A stretch of 64,000 nt of DNA, from assembly GCA_003864475.1 (NCBI GenBank), contig BGZO01000001.1:26799-90798 (forward strand), in the 5' to 3' direction. This document shows positions 28,965 through 36,514 of the stretch, one piece after another (position 1 is the first letter of the stretch; each line of letters starts with the position of its first letter). Origin of the DNA: Candidatus Termititenax persephonae (GTDB lineage Bacteria; Margulisbacteria; Termititenacia; Termititenacales; Termititenacaceae). Below the pieces are notes generated by a model. It saw only the letters and a program-made list of their open reading frames with translations, was not told the DNA's origin and ran no database searches. The translations under genes were made by a program, and so were the position numbers.

Positions 28965-29487
28965 GGTGGTAGAATCCAGAGAGTTATCGAGAATTATAAT
29001 TCTGACTTCAGAGAGGAAGAACACCCGCGCAATAATGACGGCAAGTTTACGTCTGGCGGAAATGGCTCGAGCAACATAAAATCAGACAGCGATAAAACAA
29101 TCAAAAAGGATGATAATGTGAAATACGAGAAAAAATCAAAATCCAAAAAAAAAAGAAGCGGACGATGCCATAGAAAAAGTAACGAAAACAAAAGGCGAAA
29201 CTACCGTTAAAGAGCTTCGTAACGATTTGGATGAATACGAGGGAACTAATGATGTTACTTTTATTTATGGAGATGAGAAAAAAGGTCTAAAACATATTGA
29301 GGATAAGCACGGCAAAGATGTAATTCCTAAAGTTGTAGATGCAGTTGTTTACGGCGAGATAAAAAAATATGTTCGGGCAAAGAAAACCATCCACTTAGAA
29401 AAAGATGGATATGAAGCCGTATTGTCGCTTGATGAATACGGGAAAAAGAAAACTTGGCTATTAACTGGTTGGGAAATAAATGATTGA
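28965..29487 (+). pseudogene. cassette 3: 5-prime module plus alternative variable domain, split by a frameshift at an A10 tract (29145-29154); removing one A gives a continuous ORF of about 174 codons
   Basis: Frame A reads GGRIQRVIENYNSDFREEEHPRNNDGKF...KSKSKKK and frame B continues EADDAIEKV...GLKHIEDKHG...WLLTGWEIND (the ORF-track 29227..29487 piece). No start codon upstream. Confidence 0.6.
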
Positions 29488-29586
29488 TATGTGGTGTTGG
29501 GTGGAAATAGCGAGGTTTGTGCTCAACTATTCCTACGCAGTCAAAGCCTACATTTAGTCGTCAGTGACTGGGAGCCAGCACCATAT

Positions 29587-29705
29587 ATATTATACCACAA
29601 AAGGACTAAAATATACAGGCAAGCCCCGCGTCTCAAAGACTCCTGCTGGCAACCACTAGCACGTCAGTTGTAGCAGTTTTTCTTTGCGGCATATTTTGCC
29701 CAAGC
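29587..29705 (+). repeat. 144-bp-family direct repeat R3 (terminal copy, diverges after about 119 bp)
   Basis: See R1. Confidence 0.75.
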
Positions 29706-29922
29706 AACCGTCATTATTGCCGTTTCCCAAGTTGCCAAACCTGCCTGCCATGATTTGGAAATTGCAGGATATAGCTAAAATGCCTGCCGCTAAAAATGAA
29801 GTGGAAATCAAAAAACTGAAAAGATTCATGGCTTAACAATCCGTGGACTTGGCCTACACTGTCTAAGTGGAGATAAAAATAACGGCCACGACTATTTTTG
29901 AGAAAAAAAGGAGCGGCTTGAA

Positions 29923-30129
29923 ATGGTGAAAAAAATGAAAAAGAAAATTGTGTTTGATTTAGACCCCGATGAACAAAACATAGAAGACCAACTGGAGACT
30001 TTTGTGCCTGCCTCGGCTGAGACCGCTGGCGAGTGTGGTTTGCCGTACCAGACTTTTATCACAATGGTTTTGCATAAATATGTTACCGACCAATTCGTTG
30101 ACCGCAATGAGGTCAAAAAACTTTGGTAG
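29923..30129 (+). CDS. orphan RHH/BrnA-like antitoxin family protein (68 aa)
   Basis: The C-terminal GLPYQTFITMVLHKYV resembles the BrnA GIPYQTLINLYLR block. Good SD AAAGGAG. No cognate toxin ORF upstream. Confidence 0.5.
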   Translation: MVKKMKKKIVFDLDPDEQNIEDQLETFVPASAETAGECGLPYQTFITMVLHKYVTDQFVDRNEVKKLW

Positions 30130-30191
30130 ATAAAGACCGGGGCGTGAATTTTTTTGCTTCCCGCGGTTTCGCGATATGCTACAATAAACCC

Positions 30192-30425
30192 ATGTCCACC
30201 GAGAACACCGAGCGCATTTTAGCTGAACTGGCCGCCGCGCGGTTTGCGCCGCCGGGGTCAGCTTATGCCGCGCATCGGGCGGGGATATACCCTGCCTTCC
30301 AGGATTTTGTAGAAATCACGTCCCGGCATATCGCTGACCCGCGGATTTTGGCGGAGCTGGAGTTGATGGGCCAAAAACTGCAAAAAGAGACTGTGGAGAG
30401 AGGACAGCATGAGCGGCAAAATTAA
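30192..30425 (+). CDS. hypothetical small protein
   Basis: ORF MSTENTERILAELAAARF... overlaps the argC start. No family recognised. Confidence 0.3.
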   Translation: MSTENTERILAELAAARFAPPGSAYAAHRAGIYPAFQDFVEITSRHIADPRILAELELMGQKLQKETVERGQHERQN

Positions 30426-31428
30426 AATCGGCATAGTTGGCGCGACGGGGTACACCGGGGCGGAGCTTGTCCGCCTGCTCCTTGACCATCCCTTGGCGGA
30501 GATTCGCTGCCTGACGACCACCTCGGCGGCGGGGCAGGACCTCGCCGGGATTTATCCGTTTTTGCGCCCGCGTTTCTCGCAAACGCTCGTCGAGTATAAG
30601 CTGGACGAGGTTAAAAATCTGGACATGGTTTTTATCTGCCTGCCGCACGGCAAGTCTATGGAGATTGCCCCGGAACTGGTAAATGCTGGCGTAAAAGTTA
30701 TCGACCTCGGTGCGGACTTTCGTTTTCGCGACTTGGCCGCCTATGAGCAGGCCTACCAAAAACATGCCGCCCCGGAAATGAACGCGCAGGCTGTTTACGG
30801 CCTGCCGGAATATCACCGCGCCCGGCTAAAGAAAGCGCGTCTGGTCGCCAACCCGGGCTGTTACGTTACGGCGGCGACGCTGGCCTTGAAGCCGATTGTC
30901 GACGGTCTGGCGTATCTTCCCGGTTCGATTATCATCGATGCCAAATCCGGCGTGTCCGGGGCGGGGCGGGCTTTGCGGCAGGACACTCATTTCTTGGAAG
31001 TCTATACCAATTTTTCGGCCTACAAAATCGGCGCGCATCGCCATCAGCCGGAGATAGAGCAAAATATCGGCGACTCTGTGGTTTTCGTGCCGCAATTATT
31101 GCCAGTAAATAGGGGCATTTTGGCCACAATTTACGTGAAGTTGCGCGAAAAATTATCTACTGAGGACGCGCTGGCCGTTCTGCGCCAAAAATACCGGGAC
31201 GAGCCTTTTGTCCGTGTCGTGGACGAACCGCCGACGCTCAAGGACGCGCTGGGCAGTAATTACTGCCTGATTTCGGCCAAGATTGTCGGCGACGGCGGGC
31301 AGTTGGTTTTGCTGTCCGTCTTGGACAATCTGGTCAAGGGCGCGTCTGGTCAGGCCGTGCAGAATATGAATATAATGTTTGACCTGCCGGAGACTATGGG
31401 TTTGGAGAGGCCTGCTCTCAATCCGTAA
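30409..31428 (+). CDS. argC: N-acetyl-gamma-glutamyl-phosphate reductase
   Basis: KIGIVGATGYTGAELVRLL N-terminus and active-site Cys region (ANPGCYVT). Confidence 0.9.
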   Translation: MSGKIKIGIVGATGYTGAELVRLLLDHPLAEIRCLTTTSAAGQDLAGIYPFLRPRFSQTLVEYKLDEVKNLDMVFICLPHGKSMEIAPELVNAGVKVIDLGADFRFRDLAAYEQAYQKHAAPEMNAQAVYGLPEYHRARLKKARLVANPGCYVTAATLALKPIVDGLAYLPGSIIIDAKSGVSGAGRALRQDTHFLEVYTNFSAYKIGAHRHQPEIEQNIGDSVVFVPQLLPVNRGILATIYVKLREKLSTEDALAVLRQKYRDEPFVRVVDEPPTLKDALGSNYCLISAKIVGDGGQLVLLSVLDNLVKGASGQAVQNMNIMFDLPETMGLERPALNP

Positions 31429-31484
31429 GTTGATGCCTGGGGCGCGGGGTAAAAATATTTGTTGCGCCAAAAAAGGAGCAGAAA

Positions 31485-32579
31485 ATGTTGCCAAAAGGTT
31501 TTCAATATGCCGGGGTATACGCTGGCCTCAAGGACAATGGCAAAAAAGACATGGGCGTGATTGTCTCGGAAAGGAAGGCGGTTTGCGCCGGGGTTACGAC
31601 GACCAATCTGGCCTGTGCCGCCTGCGTCAAACGCGCCCGCAAAATCCTGCGCCGCGGCGCGGCCAAAGCCATCATCGTCAATACTAAGTACGCCAATGCC
31701 TGCACGGGCAAGCAAGGCGAAAGGGACGATGCCGAGTACGCCAAGATTGCCGAAAAGCTGTTTGGCGGCCCGGTCTTGACGGCTTCGACTGGCGTGATTG
31801 GCCAGAACATGCCGCTGGATAATATTAGGCGCGGCGCGGAACTGTTAAAAAAAGAGTTGAGAGATGATTACGATGCTTTTGCCGAGGCGATTTTGACCAC
31901 CGATTTGGTTGTCAAGAAGATAAGTAAAACCGTGCAGATTTTGGGCAGGGACGTAACTGTCGCCGGGGTCGCCAAGGGGTCGGGCATGATACACCCCGAT
32001 ATGGCGACGATGCTGGCTTTTATCACGACGGATGCGGATATTGACCGCGGGCTTTTACAACGAATTATTCGTGAAGTAACCGCTATTTCTTTCAATCAAA
32101 TAACGGTGGACGGCGACACCAGCACCAATGACATGTGTCTCTGCCTGGCTAATGGTCTGTCCGGCGTGCGCATTGACCGTCAGGCCTTGCCGATTTTTCA
32201 GGCGGCTTTGACTGAGGTGCTGATTTATTTGGCGAAAGCCATAGCCGCGGACGGCGAGGGCGCGACCAAGCTCATGGAAGTCAATGTAACCGGGGCGCGC
32301 TCGCTCAAGGAGGCGCGTCTGGCCGCCAAAGCGGTGGCAGGCTCGCCGCTGGTCAAATGCGCGGTGTACGGCGGTGATGATAATTGGGGCAGGGTGATTG
32401 CCGCGGTTGGCCGTAGCGGCGCCAGATTTGACCCCGAAAAAGTTAGAATGAACTGGGACGGCCTGCAAAGCAAAACCGTTACTATCAATATCGACCTCGC
32501 CAATGGTCGCGAGTCCGCGCAGGCTTGGGGCTGTGATTTGACTGAGGGGTATATTAAAATAAACACGAAATATAATTAA
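31485..32579 (+). CDS. argJ: bifunctional ornithine acetyltransferase / N-acetylglutamate synthase ArgJ
   Basis: Self-cleavage site ATMLAFITTDA and other ArgJ blocks. SD AAAGGAG. Confidence 0.9.
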   Translation: MLPKGFQYAGVYAGLKDNGKKDMGVIVSERKAVCAGVTTTNLACAACVKRARKILRRGAAKAIIVNTKYANACTGKQGERDDAEYAKIAEKLFGGPVLTASTGVIGQNMPLDNIRRGAELLKKELRDDYDAFAEAILTTDLVVKKISKTVQILGRDVTVAGVAKGSGMIHPDMATMLAFITTDADIDRGLLQRIIREVTAISFNQITVDGDTSTNDMCLCLANGLSGVRIDRQALPIFQAALTEVLIYLAKAIAADGEGATKLMEVNVTGARSLKEARLAAKAVAGSPLVKCAVYGGDDNWGRVIAAVGRSGARFDPEKVRMNWDGLQSKTVTINIDLANGRESAQAWGCDLTEGYIKINTKYN

Positions 32580-32685
32580 CTGAAATTTTTTGAAGCGTAA
32601 TAAATATAGCGCAAAGTTAAGAGAGAGGCCACGGCAAGCAGTATTCGCGTAACTATAACGGAAAATCATGTTATAATTCCGTCCT

Positions 32686-33540
32686 ATGCAGAAATTTCAG
32701 GACAAAGTGGAGGTTATTTTAGACGCGTTGCCGTATATTCGGAAGTTTCAGGGCGCGATAGTTGTCATCAAATACGGCGGTTCCGCCATGACCGACCCGC
32801 GGCTCAAACGCGAGGTGGCGCGGGACATTGCCTTGTTGAATTATATCGGCATGAAGCCCGTCGTGGTGCATGGCGGCGGCAAGGAAATCAACAGTTGGCT
32901 GGACAAAATTGGCAAAAAGGCGGAGTTTGCGCCTAACGGCCTGCGCGTAACAGACAAGGAGACGATGGAGCTTGCCGAGATGGTGCTGGGGCGCATCGGC
33001 AAGGAAATCGTCGAATTACTGCACCGCGAGGGGGAGACCAGGGCGGTGTCGCTCTCGGGAAAGGACGGCGGTCTTTTTGTCGCGGAAAAACTACAGTCGG
33101 AGTACGACTTGGGCTATGTCGGCGAGATAAAGACTGTCAACGCCGAGATTGTTCACGAACTGCTAAGCAAAGACTTTATCCCGGTTATTTCGTCTGTCGC
33201 CATGAGCCGTACTGGCGAGACTTACAATATCAATGCCGATATTGCCGCCTGTAAAATCGCCAAGGAATTAGAAGCGACGAAACTGTATTTGATGACCGAT
33301 GTGGACGGCGTGCTGGACGGGAACAAAAAACTCATCCAGCGTATTGATAAGAAAAAAGCCGAGGAATTGCTGGAGAGCAAAGTGATTGCGGGCGGCATGA
33401 TTCCCAAAATCAAAAGCGCCTTGGACGTTTTGAGCATTGGCGTGAAATCGGTGCATATCATCAACGGCACGGTCGAACATTCGTTGCTGCTGGAGACCTT
33501 GACCAGTCAGGGTATCGGCACGATGGTAACTTGGGATTAG
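32686..33540 (+). CDS. argB: acetylglutamate kinase
   Basis: VVIKYGGSAM...VVVHGGG amino-acid kinase motifs; 284 aa. Confidence 0.9.
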   Translation: MQKFQDKVEVILDALPYIRKFQGAIVVIKYGGSAMTDPRLKREVARDIALLNYIGMKPVVVHGGGKEINSWLDKIGKKAEFAPNGLRVTDKETMELAEMVLGRIGKEIVELLHREGETRAVSLSGKDGGLFVAEKLQSEYDLGYVGEIKTVNAEIVHELLSKDFIPVISSVAMSRTGETYNINADIAACKIAKELEATKLYLMTDVDGVLDGNKKLIQRIDKKKAEELLESKVIAGGMIPKIKSALDVLSIGVKSVHIINGTVEHSLLLETLTSQGIGTMVTWD

Positions 33541-33544
33541 AGTA

Positions 33545-33745
33545 TTATTCCGAGGCAATTTTTTCTAGTCTGGAACGTAATTTTTGGTTTGTTATTTTTA
33601 TCGGTTTTATTTTACCGTGTGGATTTTTTATAGGCCGATACGCTCCTTTTTCCAGTGCTGAATAAACATCCAACACCATTTTTTTGACAAGTTTTTCCGT
33701 TAACGGAGTGCCATCGTCAAGCGTCTCGAACGTTTTCTCAAGCAT
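33545..33745 (-). CDS. BrnA-like antitoxin (66 aa)
   Basis: DDGTPLTEKLVKKMVLDVYSAL resembles the BrnA GIPYQTLIN block. 8-nt overlap with the upstream toxin gene. Confidence 0.5.
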   Translation of the reverse strand: MLEKTFETLDDGTPLTEKLVKKMVLDVYSALEKGAYRPIKNPHGKIKPIKITNQKLRSRLEKIASE

Positions 33746-33995
33746 TTTGCAGCTCCTTTAATATTTTAATGACCTTTTTCGTCGCTTTCATAGCATGTAT
33801 TACAATTTCTTCCCCATTGCTTTTTAAAACAGTAATTACTTCAAGCGTTCGTAAAGACCTATCAAACCCAATATAAAGCAATTTTTGCGGATTTTCCGCA
33901 ATTTCAATAACTTCAATAGCATGTTCAATGACATAGATTATGTCTTTTTCGTGAATGCCATGTTTTTTAGCCGAGTCAAGTATCTTGACAGCCAT
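33738..33995 (-). CDS. BrnT-like ribonuclease toxin (start at MAVKIL; a longer start at 34040 is possible)
   Basis: AKKHGIHEKDI...LLYIGFDRSLRTLEVITV...EEIVIHAMKATKK parallels BrnT (KHGVSFEEA...IGMSSRGRLL...IRIISARKATKKE). TATAAT sits 7 nt upstream of the ATG at 33995, suggesting a leaderless transcript. Confidence 0.55.
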   Translation of the reverse strand: MAVKILDSAKKHGIHEKDIIYVIEHAIEVIEIAENPQKLLYIGFDRSLRTLEVITVLKSNGEEIVIHAMKATKKVIKILKELQNA

Positions 33996-34067
33996 GAATA
34001 TATTATAACACAGCTTGCGGCTGCTTCTAAAAATTTCCAAACAAATAGTGTATACTAACTCAAAAAT

Positions 34068-34964
34068 ATGGTAAAAAAAGACTTTATATCAATAAGCGAC
34101 CATGACGCGCGGACAATCAATCATCTGATTCGTCAGGCCTACAACCTCAAGGCGCAGGCGCGTGCCGGAAAAAAACATGAGCTGTTGCAGGGCGAGTCGC
34201 TGGCCATGATTTTTGACAAGCCGTCCACGCGGACGCGCGTCTCCTTTGACGTGGCGATGTATGAATTGGGCGGACATGCCATCAATATTACCGCCGGCGA
34301 ATGTGGTCTGGGTACGCGCGAGTCTGTGCCGGATGTGGCGCGGACTTTGAGCCGCTTTTGCGACGCGATTATGGTGCGTACTTTTGGCCACGATATCGCG
34401 CTGGGTTTGGCGGAACACGCCACCGTGCCGGTCATCAACGGCTTGACCGACCTCCTGCACCCCTGCCAGGCTATGGCGGACGCGCTGACCATGTACGAAA
34501 TCACGGGCGACTTAAAAGGCGTGCGCTTGACCTATATTGGCGATGCCAATAATGTAACCAATTCGCTCATCAATCTGGCGGATAAAACAGGCCTCGATAT
34601 CACGGTCTGCGCGCCCAAAGGCTACACGCCGGATGAGAAAATTTTGGGCGGTCAGTTTACCTTGATTAGCGACCCGGTCGCCGCCGTGAAAAAAGCGGAT
34701 TTTATCTATACGGATGTTTGGGCGAGCATGGGGCAGGAAAAACTGGCCGCGCAGAAAAATAAGGCTTTCAAAGACTATCAGGTCAACAGCCAGCTCCTCA
34801 AAAAAGCCCCCAAAAATGTGAAAATAATGCACTGCCTGCCCGCCCACCGTGGCTTGGAAATTACCGATGAAGTGATTGACCACCCGGAAAAATCCATCGT
34901 CTTTGAACAGGCGGAGAATCGGCTACATGCCCAAAAGGCGATATTGGTGTATTTGTTGAAGTAA
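34068..34964 (+). CDS. argF: ornithine carbamoyltransferase
   Basis: STRTRVSFDVAM carbamoyl-phosphate-binding motif and HCLP motif. Confidence 0.9.
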   Translation: MVKKDFISISDHDARTINHLIRQAYNLKAQARAGKKHELLQGESLAMIFDKPSTRTRVSFDVAMYELGGHAINITAGECGLGTRESVPDVARTLSRFCDAIMVRTFGHDIALGLAEHATVPVINGLTDLLHPCQAMADALTMYEITGDLKGVRLTYIGDANNVTNSLINLADKTGLDITVCAPKGYTPDEKILGGQFTLISDPVAAVKKADFIYTDVWASMGQEKLAAQKNKAFKDYQVNSQLLKKAPKNVKIMHCLPAHRGLEITDEVIDHPEKSIVFEQAENRLHAQKAILVYLLK

Positions 34965-34979
34965 GTTTTGCTGTTTTAA

Positions 34980-34999
34980 TGTTTCGCTAAAGCGAAACA
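34980..34999. promoter_or_regulatory. perfect 20-bp palindrome TGTTTCGCTAAAGCGAAACA between argF and argG
   Basis: Read directly. It is followed at 35029-35051 by a second GC-rich inverted repeat, CCCTCCCCTT-atc-AAGGGGAGGG, with no U-run. Confidence 0.4.
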
Positions 35000-35081
35000 C
35001 CCCACCCGCTCCAGCTAACGCTGTCGCGCCCTCCCCTTATCAAGGGGAGGGCTGGGGTAGTTAAGAAAAAGGAGCATAAAC

Positions 35082-36293
35082 ATGGTAAAAAAAGTAGTCC
35101 TAGCGTATTCCGGCGGCTTGGACACGTCCATAATGATTCATTGGCTGAGAGAAAATTATGGCTGTGAGGTCATCGCCTATGCGGCGGACGTGGGGCAGGG
35201 ACTGCGGGAACTGGATGATTTGCGGGAACGCGCCAGGGCCGCCGGGGCGAGCAAGGTTTATGTTTTGGATTTGCGGCGGGAATTCGTCGAGGACTACATC
35301 TGGCCGACGCTCAAGGCCGGGGCGGTTTACGAGTCGCGTTATCTGCTCGGCACGTCATTTGCCCGGCCAGTCATCGCCAAGCATCAGGTTTTGCTGGCCC
35401 AGAAAGAAAAAGCCGACGCGGTTGCCCACGGCGCGACAGGCAAGGGCAATGACCAAGTGCGTTTTGAGTTGACCTTTATGGCCCTTGACCCTAGCCTGCA
35501 AATCATCGCCCCTTGGAAAGACCCGGACTGGACAATCAACTCCCGTGAGGAAGCGATAGACTATGCTAAGGCGCACAATATTCCGCTCAAAATCACGAAA
35601 AAACGCATATACTCGGAAGATGCCAATCTCTGGCATATTTCTCACGAGGGGGCGGAACTGGAAGACCCTTGGCGTGAGCCGGGCGGGGCTGTTTACAGTA
35701 TTTCCAATACTTTGGAGAAGGCCCCGGCAAGGCCGGAATATGTGGAGATAGAATTTCGCCAAGGTGTTCCCGTCGCCTTGAATAAAAAGAGATTGCCAAG
35801 TGTGGATTTGCTGCGCAAGTTAAATATTATTGGCGGCAGGCACGCCATCGGGCAGATTGATATTGTGGAGAATCGCCTGGTCGGCATGAAATCACGCGGC
35901 GTATATGAAACGCCGGGCGGCACGATACTCTATGCGGCGCATGACAATCTCGAACAATTGACCTTGGACAAGGAAACCTATCATCTCAAACAGCAATTGG
36001 CATCTAAATACGCGGATTTGGTCTACAACGGTCAATGGTTTACCTCGGCGCGTGAGGCCCTCGACGCTTTTGTCAATAAGACGCAGGAGACGGTCAATGG
36101 CACGGTGCGCCTCAAATTGTACAAGGGCAATGTTGTCTCGGCGGGGGTCAAGTCGCCGGATTCGCTGTACTTGGAAAATCTGGCTTCGTTTACGAACTCC
36201 GCCCTCTATGACCAGAAAGATGCGACGGGTTTTATCCGTTGTTTTGGCCTGCCGCTTAAAGTGGCGCGTTTGCGGGGACGGTTGCCCGCCTAA
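35082..36293 (+). CDS. argG: argininosuccinate synthase
   Basis: [14 protein letters not shown]-loop and full-length ArgG conservation. Confidence 0.9.
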   Translation: MVKKVVLAYSGGLDTSIMIHWLRENYGCEVIAYAADVGQGLRELDDLRERARAAGASKVYVLDLRREFVEDYIWPTLKAGAVYESRYLLGTSFARPVIAKHQVLLAQKEKADAVAHGATGKGNDQVRFELTFMALDPSLQIIAPWKDPDWTINSREEAIDYAKAHNIPLKITKKRIYSEDANLWHISHEGAELEDPWREPGGAVYSISNTLEKAPARPEYVEIEFRQGVPVALNKKRLPSVDLLRKLNIIGGRHAIGQIDIVENRLVGMKSRGVYETPGGTILYAAHDNLEQLTLDKETYHLKQQLASKYADLVYNGQWFTSAREALDAFVNKTQETVNGTVRLKLYKGNVVSAGVKSPDSLYLENLASFTNSALYDQKDATGFIRCFGLPLKVARLRGRLPA

Positions 36294-36294
36294 G

Positions 36295-36340
36295 AAGAGG
36301 TAAACATTCTTTCGTAAAAATTACCTCTTGCTTTTTTTTT
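36295..36340 (+). terminator. intrinsic terminator after argG (AAGAGGTAA-N17-TTACCTCTT followed by T9)
   Basis: 9-bp stem followed by a run of nine T. Confidence 0.7.
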
Positions 36341-36410
36341 AGAAATTTGTTATATATAACGCAACGAGGTCAATTATTCATACCCCCCATTGATAATTGA
36401 CCTTAGAAAT

Positions 36411-36441
36411 AGCCCTGCCTTTCTCGGCAGGGCTTCTTTTT
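36411..36441 (+). terminator. second intrinsic-terminator-like hairpin AGCCCTGCC-tttctc-GGCAGGGCT-TCTTTTT, preceded by the 11-bp inverted repeat AGGTCAATTAT...ATAATTGACCT (36367-36402)
   Basis: Read directly. It lies upstream of the putative proS promoter (TATACT at 36503). Confidence 0.5.
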
Positions 36442-36514
36442 GCCCAGCCGATATGTTTTTTTAGTTCAAGCGGTTCGTTAGCCTCTGCGGGCTTCGTATG
36501 ATATACTCCTCCCC

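Noticed and set aside
28446-29705. The 144-bp direct repeats considered as a CRISPR array or a DGR template/variable repeat pair.
   Set aside because: Only three copies. The unit is far longer than CRISPR repeats and the spacers are coding and unequal in length. Differences among copies are not adenine-specific, and no reverse transcriptase or cas genes are present.
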